Shown in pieces: positions 1 through 11,261 of a stretch of 64,000 nt of DNA. Source of the stretch: Antedon mediterranea (lineage: Eukaryota > Animalia > Echinodermata); NCBI RefSeq assembly GCF_964355755.1, contig NC_092673.1, positions 13,364,948 to 13,428,947 on the forward strand, written 5' to 3'. Numbering within the stretch: the first letter of the stretch is position 1; each line of letters opens with the position of its first letter. Below the pieces are notes generated by a model, which saw nothing but the letters and a program-made list of their open reading frames with translations, was not told the origin of the DNA and did not search any database. A program made the translations under genes and the position numbers.

Positions 1-378
1 TCGCGATCTGTGTGAAAACACCTTCTCAACCGTGACGAGTTGTAAACAATCTTAATTAGCATAATGCATACTCGTGGTTTGAAATCTTTTACTTTCTTTC
101 GCGACGATTTTCCAGACGAAATGTAATCAAATTAATTTACCTGTTAATTACGTAAACTTGTTGTTTTTGACTCGAATTTTCGACTTAAAGTGAATAACTT
201 TAGGCCTAATTTTACTTTGATATGGCCAATTTAAATTTAGAATATTTTTACCTCTTTTTTTGTGTTTCAAGGGACAATACATCTTTAATCTTTCAAACAC
301 AGTAATACTTCTTTATTTGTTCTAAACATATTGATTGTAGACCTAATGTTAACCGTAATCTCTTCAATATTATTTTAG

Positions 379-528
379 CCATTTTTTCTCGAGAACTTTT
401 TTAATCCAATCAATTCTTCTTTGGACAGACTAATTGATATGGTTACAATTTACTGCACAAACACTGGTGTTGATGGTGACTATGGTGTATGGAAAGATCT
501 TGTTGAATTCATCAACAATTCGAAGTGA
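379..528 (+). CDS. Candidate terminal coding exon of a gene starting left of the window (PFFLENFFNPINSSLDRLIDMVTIYCTNTGVDGDYGVWKDLVEFINNSK*)
   Basis: Pyrimidine tract plus AG acceptor (tattttag, 371-378), 49 open codons to TGA at 526-528, AATAAA at about 582. Product not recognised. Confidence 0.35.
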   Translation, partial: PFFLENFFNPINSSLDRLIDMVTIYCTNTGVDGDYGVWKDLVEFINNSK

Positions 529-1058
529 TAATCACGGAAATAATCATCCCTATTATTTACATTTATTCGTTCCTAAGGCCAAATAAAATACAAAAACACG
601 TACATTACTGATTATATCAATATTGAAGAAGACAGTCGAACAAATTGGGCTATCAGGCCTAAAACACAATAGGCATAAAAATTGATTTTTGTAAAATTAG
701 GTAATAAAGTAATAACGTTATTCATTCAAGCGTATTTCAGTTCTAGTAATAACGATTTGGTTAAAGAATTTCTTTTGGCATATTTTTAGGTAACACAGTA
801 TAAAAAGGGGCCTCTAATTAAACATCAAAATGACCAAAGATAAATAAGATACAACATTAAAATATTAAAGCTCAGGTACAGACATGAATTTTAAATATAA
901 TATTTGGTTAGGGCCTAATTGTACATAAATCAAATATTTGTAACAGAAATCAAGACGAAAAAATATTAATTTCTCTTGATATGGTCAAATACACAATTTA
1001 GCAAAATTCTTCCATAAAAACCAGGAAGACTTTTTTTTAGTAGTTAGGTAGTTAACCT

Positions 1059-1239
1059 AATAAAGGGTGTGGTAAAAAATGTTATCAGATAACTAAATAT
1101 AGGTAATATAACTTGAATATTACATTTCTGATATCTGTAAATAAAAATCTGAAGTTGAATAAAAATATCAGAAATGTAATATTCAAGTTATGTTACCTAT
1201 ATTAGTCATCTGATAACATTTTTTACCACACCGTTTATT
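1059..1239. repeat. Long inverted repeat (about 75-bp arms, about 30-bp spacer); foldback/MITE-like
   Basis: aataaagggtgtggtaaaaaatgttatcagat...tacatttctgatat (1059-1134) is the reverse complement of atatcagaaatgtaa...ttttaccacaccgtttatt (1165-1239), with a few mismatches. Confidence 0.9.
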
Positions 1240-2209
1240 TTTCATAGCTTTTTAAAATGCCTCTTTATTTACAAGAATAGAGATTTTACTGTGTAATTTG
1301 AACTATTCCCCCCGTGATAAGAAAGTACTTATTTTCAACAAGCTCGTGTAACACAAATAAAATCTCAAAAATTATGAAACATAGGGGAAACTATAGCCTA
1401 ATAGGTCGATAATTATTGGAATGATCAATAGATATTTTTTGCCCGCACGTGGCCTTTAAAGTCGTAACTTACATTAGAATAAGGAAGAAAATATATCAAA
1501 CAAATTTTATTTTTTGTTGTACTGCTGTAATAATTACAATGAATTGGCTAAATCTATGGTTTTATTTACGAGTTAAATAAATTTGAATCAGCAGCCAATA
1601 AACGAAATAAATCAAAATACAGTAGTCGTTTTCTCTACATGTTCTCGAAATCCTTATTGAGAAATGTTGGCAACAATTAAGAAGAGATAAAAAAAATGTG
1701 AAGAGCACGTAAGTTCAAGAAAAGGCATAAACAGTGTTTTAAGAAAGTTTTGAAGAAGAGAACATAATTACTTAATGCTGCAAGCATTAAGTAGGTATAA
1801 CGTTGTTATATTTAAGATTAAGCTTAATGCTGTTTAGCCTAAAGCATGTTTCATCAAGCTATACTTGAGCTAATACTCAAATTTCAGGATGAAAAGAAAT
1901 GAAGAGTTACAGTGTTCAAATACCATGGATAACAGATGAAAACGCAATTTAAGTCACACTTGCGGGAAATTTAGCTTCTAGATAATCGACTACCATTTCT
2001 ATCGTTTTTATGAACCAAAAACAATATTAGCAGATCACTAATGACACTATATTTGAAAATTACATCATATTGCCTGAAATGTATGTGTAAGTTATTGATA
2101 GTGGCGATGATTCGCTGTTGGATGGGAATAAAATAAATAAACGTAGTTCAGTACTATGCATACCATAAAACCTAAAAAAGAAGCCATCGGAAAATCAATC
2201 TCACTGGAC

Positions 2210-2412
2210 TTTTTTTTTATTTATTTTTTTTTTCATACGCATCCAACAAGATAGATAAACTATTTTAAAATTTATCGTGCTTATAAACTAAGTCTAATTT
2301 GAGGCTTAGGGTATGGAGTTGAAAGAGTCGTGAGTTACAACCCTGATCAGGATGAAACTCTTGACATTTGGATTGGAAGGCAAGCACGTTAACCACCAAG
2401 CTGCTCCACTCC
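2210..2412 (-). mobile_element. tRNA-derived SINE (tRNA-Gly-like head)
   Basis: Minus strand reads GGAGTGGAGCAGCTTGGTGGTTAACGTGCTTGCCTTCCAATCC...GAGTTTCATCC: A-box-like start, Gly(TCC)-like anticodon arm GCCTTCCAA, degenerate B-box. A short body follows, then an A-rich tail (T-run at 2210-2233 on +). Confidence 0.6.
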
Positions 2413-2696
2413 AAAGGAGTTTTCAAGATAGTATTGGCTTCTTGTCGAAATAGGCTGTTTGAATCCCCAACAATTACAGCATTCTTTTAGAAAAAAGCCC
2501 CATTTTTAGTTTACAATGGTGTAATCTCAAAAAGAGGCCCATCTTTAAAAGAAGTCACCAGAAAGTACTAAACAAAGGCTTCGTTTTCACGGTTTTACGT
2601 TCTAGTCGTCTTCAGTTACTGTAACTGAATCCTTTTGTTTCCACAGGCTACATCTGTGTTCATGATTTGTGTGGACAAAATAATATTTCATTGTAA

Positions 2697-3215
2697 TTAT
2701 AGTTGATTCAATTTTAAAAACGAATAAAAAAAACAACATAAAAACACACACATATCGATATTTCCATTTAGGTTTTTGCAAAAAGATATGGTATCGCTTG
2801 GTGCATATTCCTCAACCGTTAATATGACTCCACGGAAATAGAAACCTCCGAAATAGAACCGACTTTTTATCTTCTCGAATGTTCCGCAGACATGAAACGT
2901 ATAATTATTTTTGCCTTCCTGAATCGTCAATAAATCATAATAACCCTCACACCTGATTGTAGTGATCACTTTTGTTTCAAGATCGCCCCTTGATATACTA
3001 ATTATTAATCTTTATTTGTGGAATTGACCACGTACATCTTTTGAAAAATTAATTGTGGTTAGCTGCCATATGTCATTTCTTTTACAGTTTGTACTACATT
3101 TGCCTTTAGCTCTTCTTGAATTGTGTTTATTTTGGTTCTTATTTCTGAATCCATCAATATATATAAAGATTGATTTTTGTATTTTTCTGTGATTTGTGAG
3201 AAATCTTTCATTCAA
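2697..3215 (-). pseudogene. Two same-frame ORFs split by one stop; CUB-domain-like motif
   Basis: ORFs 3012-3215 and 2697-2969 share a frame. The translation IISISRGDLET...CEGYYDLLTIQEG...VCG resembles the CUB pattern F-x2-F-DLE...C-x-YD-x-L-x-I-x-DG...CG. Resemblance only. Confidence 0.3.
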
Positions 3216-3489
3216 CTATATAAAAAAGATCGGTAAATTTGTGATTTATTGACCATAGATAGACATAAGAAATTTCAAAGATGCGATGTGATTGAAACAA
3301 ACTTTATTTTTCATGCTCTTGCATTAGTAGGCCTATTGCATGATTATGATGGTTATGCCTGTGTTAAAAAGTCAGTTCCGTACCAGAGGATTCTGTTTTG
3401 TGGCATTCATTTCTGTGATGCAATACTTCCTCACTATCAACAACACTATCGAGTCTACCACCATGCAAACCATGCTTAACATAAATTTG

Positions 3490-3600
3490 TCATATGTCAA
3501 GACAGATACGTAGTTGGTTGATATTGTACTTATACAAGAAACACACCTTACACCTGAATTATTTCAAAAATTTAAATTAGTTTGGAACAGTACTTGATAC
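3490..3600 (+). mobile_element. L1/Tx1-type APE endonuclease N-terminal relic
   Basis: gatattgtacttatacaagaaacacacctt = DIVLIQETHL, the conserved APE motif. Confidence 0.55.
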
Positions 3601-3861
3601 TCCTTTTTCTTTTTAACCATAAGACATTTTGTTTCATGTGAGAACCATGGCTTACAATTAGGATACATTTTTGCCTTCTTTTCGGGTATGATGGATATGA
3701 TTACGAACAAACAGCAACTCCATCATTTATAGTTTAAAGAAACGAACAAACAGTTGTCTTCAAAGCAACCATTTAACATATCAATAGCCCCAGTGCTCCA
3801 TATTTTCCCAAATGCTTCTGTCTTTTTAAAAGTGGCTTATAGATTTGTCATGTCTTTTTTT

Positions 3862-5389
3862 AAAACATTTTCAGCAATTTCGGTTGGTTGGTCGGTTTGT
3901 AAACACTAACTCATATTTATATGTTTTGGTTATTTTGACAATGGATATTAATATAAATGTTATTAAACATTTGGCTTAGAGATTTGTCTTGTCTTTTTTC
4001 AACATTTTCAGCAATTCCGGTTGGAATTTTTTCGTTATTTTGAGACTAGATATTAATACCTGGAGGCAAATATAATGTTTTAAAAAATTGTTCAACATTT
4101 TCAAACATTTTCAGGAATTTCGGTTGTTCGGTCGATCGGTAAACACTAACTCATATTCATATTTTTGTCGTTATTTTGACAGTGAATATTAATACCTGGA
4201 GGCAAATACAAATGTTTTTAAACACGGCCATACATGGCTGCAGTCGCGTGCTCAAGTCAGTGTTTACCGACCAACCGACCGTCATAGTGAGAGACAGAGT
4301 CGCATTGCACGCGACAAAAAATGTTCAACATTTTTAACATTTTCAGCAATTTCGGTCGGTTGATCAGTCGGTCGGTAAACACTAACTGATATTCAAATGT
4401 TTTCGTTATGTTGACACTGGATATTAATACTTGCAGGCAAATCCAAGGGTATTAAAAAAATGTTCAACATTTTAAACATTTTTAGCAATTTCGATTGGTC
4501 ATGGTCGGTCGGTCAGTAAACACTAACTCATATTCAAATTTTTTCGTTATGTTGACACTGGACATTAATACTTGGAGGCAAATCCAAGGGTATTAAAAAA
4601 AATGTTCAACATTTTAAACATTTTTAGCATTTTCGATTGGTCATGGTCGGTGGGTAAACACTAACTCATATTCAAATTTTTTTCGTTATGTTGACACTGG
4701 ATATTAATACTTGGAGGCAAATCCAAGGGTATTCAACAAATGTTCAACATTTTAAACATTTTTAGCAATTTCGATTGGTCATGGTCGGTGGGTAAACACT
4801 AACTCATATTCAAATGTGTTCGTTATGTTGACACTGGATATTAATACTTGGAGGCAAATCCAAGGGTATTCAACAAATGTTCAACATTTTAAACATTTTT
4901 AGCAATTTCGATTGGTCATGGTCGGTCGGTCGGTAAAACTAACTCATATTCAAATGTGTTCGTTATGTTGACACTGGATATTAATACTTGGAGGCAAATC
5001 CAAGGGTATTCAACAAATGTTCAACATTTTTAGCAATTTCGATTGGTCATGGTCGGTCGGTCGGTAAACACTAACTCATATTCAAATGTGTTCGTTATGT
5101 TGACACTGGATATTAATACTTGGAGGCAAATACAAATGTTTTTTAAAATGTTCAAAATGTTTTAACATTTTCAGCAATTTCGATTGGTCGGTTGGCCGTC
5201 GGTCGGTAAACATTAACGCTATTCAAATGTTTTCGTTGTTTTGACAGTTGATATTAATACTTGGAAGCGGCAAACATAAATGTTTTTAAATATTTTTAAC
5301 AGTTTTAGAAATTTCGGTTGGTCGGTTGGTCAGTAAACACTAACTCAAATTTGCGCACGCGATTGCGGCCATGTACATGGCCTTGTTAC
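3862..5389 (-). repeat. About 120-bp tandem satellite array within a Helentron-associated (HINE-like) element
   Basis: About 11-12 degenerate to near-identical units of aacattttcagcaatttcg...ggtaaacactaactcatattcaaat...gacactggatattaatacttggaggcaaat. The minus-strand head at 5389 reads aacaaggccatgtacatggccgcaatcgcgtgcgc. The array is directly visible; the HINE assignment is inference. Confidence 0.85.
4221..4321 (+). mobile_element. Miniature (about 100 bp) HINE-like element, oriented opposite to the host array
   Basis: Its head aacacggccatacatggctgcagtcgcgtgc matches the head at 5351-5389 in reverse. It ends in the palindrome gtcgcattgcacgcgac followed by an A-run. Confidence 0.55.
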
Positions 5390-5404
5390 ACGTAAAGTTG
5401 TTAT

Positions 5405-5800
5405 TAAAAAACTTAATTTAAAAGATGCCTGGAGAAATAAAAACCCAGAGAACATACTAGATGGCGTAGAAAATCAAAGCAAATTTACAGACTGTTTGAA
5501 TACTGGTTGATTTCTAAACAAATTCTTGATCACGATGACGTAATATCATGTGATATAAGACCAGCTATTTTGACAGATCATTAAGCAATTTCAATTAAAA
5601 TCAGTTTTGATGAGTCCAAAAGAGGCCCAGGCTATACTATTGAAAATGTAATAACAACCTATTGCACAATATTGATTACCAAAACTATATTAGAAATGTA
5701 ATTAAAAAAACCCAAACCAATGAGAATAACCTTAGCTCAGATGTATTATGGGAAATATTAAAAGCCAAAATTAAAGACGTAAAAAATAAATCAAAAACTA
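5405..5800 (+). mobile_element. L1/Tx1-type APE endonuclease C-terminal relic
   Basis: Frameshifted translation gives LKDAWRNKNP...TDH...KRGPGY...LWEILKAKIK, typical of Tx1/L1 ORF2. Confidence 0.65.
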
Positions 5801-6169
5801 AATAATTTTTTAGTAAATAATGATTATAATGCCAATGAGAGCATATCATTCAGTGGTTTCGGAGGAGTTACGTAAAATTACGCGACAAATTTAGTGTAAT
5901 ATAGATTTTAAAATATAACTGTATAAAACTCCTTACATGGTTAGAATGATAATAGGATAGCCTACCATATCTTGTAGGGTTTTTCTGGATAATTTGCATA
6001 GGCTTTTTATGCTCATTTGAATATGAAGGCGGTGGATTACAGAGTGTTGATTTGTTGTATGTTGTCAGGACAACATATAGTAATACATTAATTTAAAACC
6101 AAAAAACCTTTGCCTACAATTTTGTCCCAGTTCACCATATTTTTTAACTAGATTCAGTAGCCAGACGCA

Positions 6170-7258
6170 TTATTGAAGGAGTCCAAGAATCTAAAAGCAG
6201 TGATATTTTTTGTAGACTTTAAGCGTGCATTTGACTCGTAATCGTAAAAGAATGTTTAAAATTGTTTAAGATGTGGATTCCTAAGCATTGTAAACGCAAT
6301 CGAAATAATATATAAAAACAAAAACAGAAGTAAAGGTATTACTGCCACCAGATGGAGATGAGAGACTGACTTTTTCACAATTATTTCGAATGGAATTCTA
6401 CAAGGGGACACATTGGCGCCCTATGCTTTTCTAATTCCTCTTGATATGCATTAATAATGGCTACTGTGGGCTGCTACGAACACCAGGTTTGACTTGTACG
6501 ACAGCATAGTAGAAGATATACTGCAAACAAATAACGGTGCTGGCTTTGTTGACGATGATTCGGCCTTATTCTCAGACTTGATATGTGATGCTGAAAAGTT
6601 TCTCTTCACTTAGGGCCTAAATGGAATTTATGTCATATAATCAATCCGGAAAAGTTAAAACACAGAATGGTATAGAGATAGACAAGGTGAATTATTTCCA
6701 GTATCTGGGAAGCTTTATTAACACGACCAGCAGAGATTCTGAAAAAGAAAAGAAGAAAAGTATGGGCTGTTAAATCAAATATAGAGGTCAAATATCAGTA
6801 AAAACATGAAACTAACTCTACAAGTCAAGAGTAGGCCTACTGTTGAATCAGTATTTATGGATCAGAAAGTTGAACCGGCATTACAAAAAAACTTGAGGAC
6901 AATATTGATGGCAGTCACTCACTACTACTTTGTGCTGCTATGGTAATAAAATGGCAACAAAGAATCAGCAACAAAGTACTATGGCTCTTTCGCCATACCA
7001 AAAAATAACAGAAACAATAAGACTGACATTTGCTGGACACTTTCTTCGCAATAAAGAAGACATCTCATTGCAGTTGCTGATGTGGCAGACAAAACATGGT
7101 CGTGTAAATCAAGGAAGACCAGCACTCACATACATTGATGCACACGAGAAGGATACTGGTATGCAGAGAGATGAACTGGTTGTCACAATGGCAGATAGGA
7201 AGGTATGGGGGAATCTAGTCATAATTATAAGTTAGGGTATGTCCCGGACTAAGTAAGT
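6170..7258 (+). mobile_element. 5'-truncated, degenerate RTE-like LINE (RT and 3' end)
   Basis: Motifs FVDFKRAFDS (about 6208), GILQGDTLAP (about 6392), FVDD (about 6545), FQYLGS (about 6697) and RLTFAGH...GRPALTYID (ORF 6930-7235). Short (TAAG)n tail at about 7250. Confidence 0.85.
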
Positions 7259-7698
7259 GATTAAAAAATAATCAGTTATTCTACGTTTAATGATGAATTG
7301 TCCATAAAAAATCAAAGCTGAAAACGTTCTACTTGCATATGAAAAACGAAGAATAAAAGGGAAAAATTATTGAGATTGACATGAAACTAATTGAACCTCC
7401 AGTTGCAGAAGTTACAAGTGACATCTTCGCTATTACCCAGTCTAGCCCATGTCATGCCATTGGCGTCAGCAACTAAATGAATTTGCCGAAGCTGTACAAT
7501 ATACCGGTTGTAAAAATCTCCCTTCTCTCCAATCTTAATATCTCTTACACTTTCATTTAAAAAAAACACTATATTTATAATTACGCATTTGCGTTGAGAT
7601 TACGGTGGAAAACTTTGCAATAAATACATATCCAAATAAATCATAAAAGTGAAAATAAGACACTATCAATGTTGATTGAATCTAATAAAGTAGGCCTA

Positions 7699-7874
7699 CA
7701 TTAGAACTTCTAAAGGGACACTTTTGATACCCAACATGTTGTCCTCTCAACAGGGTTTCTCCAGAAGGGGTGTTTTCCGAATACCGAAATTGACTCCGCG
7801 GGAAAAAAAACAAATGTACCAAAATGAACACATAGGGGTGTCCCTGGAAAAGTAGACTCACTGTGGTTCTACTG
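7699..7874. mobile_element. Degenerate pogo/Tigger-type MITE
   Basis: Ends TA-CATTAGAAC and GTTCTACTG-TA. A related left end, TA-CAGTAGAATC, is at about 62104. Confidence 0.5.
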
Positions 7875-9799
7875 TAATCAGATCGTTTGTTCAGATATCA
7901 ATTTGTAAATAAGTAGGCATATATATTTCTATAGTTTAGACCCAAATTGATTGTTATAGTATTGAATACAGGTGTGCGGCGTATGTAATATAAAATAAAC
8001 TAGTAGGCCTAATGTGATCTGATTCAACTTACATCTGTAGGCTAATGTTACAATATCCATATTTTCTTAGGCGCTAGCTCTCGCGAGCTATCTGAATCTC
8101 TACTTGGTCATTCCATAAACAAAGTCATTAAATCGTGGGCCTCTGTCTTCCTTCCCAATATTCTTAATAGACTCTATTATTAATAAACATATACATATTA
8201 TTATTTTTAAATAATTTCATTATTTTTTTGGTTTAAACTCAGTCTAGGCCTAGTTGTAAAAATATAATACTGAAATAATGTTATGGCCCTAATAGCCTCC
8301 CATAGACCAAAGCCTCTTCGGCTAGCTCTCTTTACACATGTGTTGGCGAACTGGAACAACTCCCTGCTCATATCAAGTAAGGAAGGAGGAGGAGGAGGAC
8401 TCGGATATAAAAACAGGCGGTGAAGTTAAACAATATACAGTAGGCCTAGGCCTAGCTAAGTCTCTATTTAAATTTGTTTTCATCTGTTGGCCTACATAAG
8501 AGGCCTAGCCCATGCCTTATCATTTATGAATGATTCATGAATCAGGGTATAAAAATAATAATTTGTATACCTCTCTCCCTGCATGATTTGCAGATTTTCA
8601 ACTACAATACAATTTGGTAGGTATGCCTACTACTGCGCTGCTAGTTACTAGTATAGCCTGGACCTTCCCCCAGCATGGTTAGACTACCGGTATAGGGATA
8701 GAATGAGGCCTACCGGACGTACCTGATTATTTTATGATTGGAAAAGAGAGAGGAAAAGCTGGACCACATTATAGACCTGGCTAGCTTAAAACAGACAATG
8801 AATGAACGTCTAAATTAAATGACTCGTCAATGCCGGGCACACAGTGGATTGAGCATGCAAAAAGACAAGGTAAGACTAGAAACAGTCCCCAAAACGGTGC
8901 TGTGTTTGAAATAATTAATAGTTTTAAATTTTATATAAAACCTAAAATCCATCCATGCCTTCGACTTTTTAACCCATTGACCCCTAAGTTTTTTTTGCTC
9001 CCCTGCGACCTAAAAAAGCATATGTCACAAAACCATTACTTTTTTTCTCAACTCAAAAAAAACCAAAAAAATAATGCCAAGGGCATTTTCTTTTCAAATA
9101 TGTTATCAAATTTGTGTTAGCCTACAACTTGTTTTGGCGGAGTATGGATTATGCAAATTTCAGAAAATATTTACAAAAATTATTCAAAATTTTTAATTTA
9201 CCAAATGCATAAAATTGCTAAATAATTCATGAATAAAACTATATCTTTTCATCAAAACCTATTTCTTTTCTTCAAAATAAGACCAAAGTTGACCATTATC
9301 AATGACCGGTTTAGAAATTTTGAATAAATTAGTAGATGGACTCATCCGACGATGACCATATAGAGCCTAGGCCTATCGGGAGCCGCTTCGGGAGTGTCGT
9401 TGCCGTTGCTTGTTCGCTGCAGATCAAAGGTAAACAAAATAGGGCGGCCCTTGGAGGGCTTTTTTTTTTACATGGAAATAAAACAATTTAGACACCACAA
9501 CCGACCGTATTCTAACAACCGGTTGTAATCTAAAATTGTTTTAAACAATTTTCCTAAATAATAATAAAGGGACAAAATGCTTACCTCACATTTGAATCTG
9601 TCATTTGTTTTGACCTTAAGGCACTTGTCGTCTGACCAACTTCCATTTACTCGGATTCTACATACTTTGTCACCGGATTGCAAGTAAACTTTTTAAGTTA
9701 GGGAAATGCTCTTTATTGATATTAACTCCTTGTCTAGTTAATAGGCAGCTTTCGAAAAACACACAACACTGCGATTATCGAAATGCAATAGGCCGTGAA

Positions 9800-9899
9800 A
9801 TCCTACTGCGCATGTAAGAGCAAAGCCATTTTGTTCGGCCTACTTATCGCGAGACAGGATTCACCTCAGAAAATGGACCCAACAATTACTTCTGTGAGT
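9800..9899 (+). promoter_or_regulatory. Candidate core promoter plus first coding exon (MDPTITS|GTGAGT)
   Basis: TGCGCATG (9807-9814, NRF1-like), GCCATTTT (9825-9832, YY1-like), TCGCGAGA (9847-9854, BANP/ZBTB33-like), ATG at 9873, consensus donor GTGAGT at 9894-9899. Confidence 0.4.
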
Positions 9900-10251
9900 G
9901 TTTTTACAGTTTCTAATAGTACAGACAATCTGTACTGATTGTATTTTATTTAGAAAGATATAAAGCTCGTAACTGTTGTGTGATGACAATATGTTAAATT
10001 AGGCCTAAGCCCTAGTAGGGAAATGCTATCATCATCATGAATCATGGTGGTGAGGATAGTGATGGCAGGTACTTTGGTAACCTGTGCTTTCACCCTTTCT
10101 ATGGTCTATTATTACTACTGCTCTTAGAATTACCGTTAAGTGGAAGCATAATATAGAGAAATCTCTATCTATATGGGTAGTATAATATGGTCTACATAGT
10201 TTGGAAAATCAATGTACATTAATAAACAACAAATTATAAAATGACCTCTAA

Positions 10252-10456
10252 AGCCTGTTTTCCTGTCGATGTTATTTAACGCTATCGTCGTTGATTGTTA
10301 ACAGTTCAACGACGATCGTTTGAAAATGATCAAGTTGAAATGATAACGATATCGAGTATCTTTTCCTGTAAATCGGTAATATTTCAATGTTTACGTAGAA
10401 GATCGCCGATTATTGTTAAGGATAGCGTTTGAATAACGTCGACAGGAAAACAGGCT
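10252..10456. mobile_element. PIF/Harbinger-type MITE
   Basis: About 35-bp TIR AGCCTGTTTTCCTGTCGA.GTTATT.AACGCTATC. TAA TSD at 10249-10251 and 10457-10459. Confidence 0.8.
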
Positions 10457-10459
10457 TAA

Positions 10460-11010
10460 CATATCAAGCCAAGCTAAATAATGATCAAGATTGACCAAGT
10501 CCTTGGTTGGTGTAAACATATGGCTATATGCCTTCCCAAATATTTTATAAAGCTCTAATCGGCCTTTCCGAGCATTGTGTGCATCCAACTTTTTGTCGTT
10601 TTACAAACTCTAGCATGTTTGTGCATCGTACACAATGTTCCAACAAAAACAATATTCATCTCGCAATGACGAAAGCGGGGGTGGGCTTCAATTATCTCTT
10701 TTATTAAATTGGTCAATGAGTTCTTTGGCTGAGTGTTCCTTTTTCGCACGGTACCTTAACTGGTTTTACGTCATACGCATCGTGATTTAAACACCAGTGG
10801 TAATCATTTTTCAATGGCATTGTCGTCCGTTTATTTAAAGTTACTCCTACATGTTGTAGTAGGCCGCCTCTCTTGCGCTTCAAAACCATGCATCTCCAGA
10901 AAAGCATTCGTCATTTCGGTTAACATAGGGAATTGTTTGTGCTTTGCTGGTTTCCCAACCTTACCTGTTTTCTCTTTGTTTTGGCGACTTGCTCTGTTAT
11001 AGCGAAAATG
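10460..11010 (-). pseudogene. Degenerate transposase-like coding relic (family uncertain; distant Zator/TP36-like pattern)
   Basis: Frameshifted pieces KVGKPAKHKQFP...FLEMHGFEAQERR...GVTL...H-P resemble invertebrate TE-derived proteins. No catalytic motif confirmed. Confidence 0.3.
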
Positions 11011-11261
11011 CTTGATATCAAATTATCATTACTAGATGGTGCCCACAGATGGTTCTCGAATACACAGTAATTTCAGGGTAAACAATCTGGCGATTTTAAA
11101 TGCACGTACCGCAGGACTATAATACATTGCCGTTTACAGAAACGAATAAGTAGACACAATGATTTATGTAGTCAACCAAAATTAGCACCCTGGGAATTAC
11201 TTCCGAAAGAGAAACTTACCACAAAATGAGTCCAAATTGTTTATTCATTTTAAGAAACCCA

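Noticed and set aside
3862-5350. Regularly spaced repeats resembling a CRISPR array
   Set aside because: The whole unit of about 120 bp repeats, with no unique spacers and no cas genes; the context is eukaryotic. It is a satellite.
8969-9120. piggyBac-like left end TTAA-CCCATTGACCCC and ORF 8830-9120
   Set aside because: No matching right TIR was found and the ORF is low-complexity; insufficient support.
9468-9683. C-type-lectin-like reading (C...G.W.D..C...F.CE)
   Set aside because: No upstream acceptor or remainder of the domain, and an alternative ATG frame fits a first exon equally well. Left unresolved.
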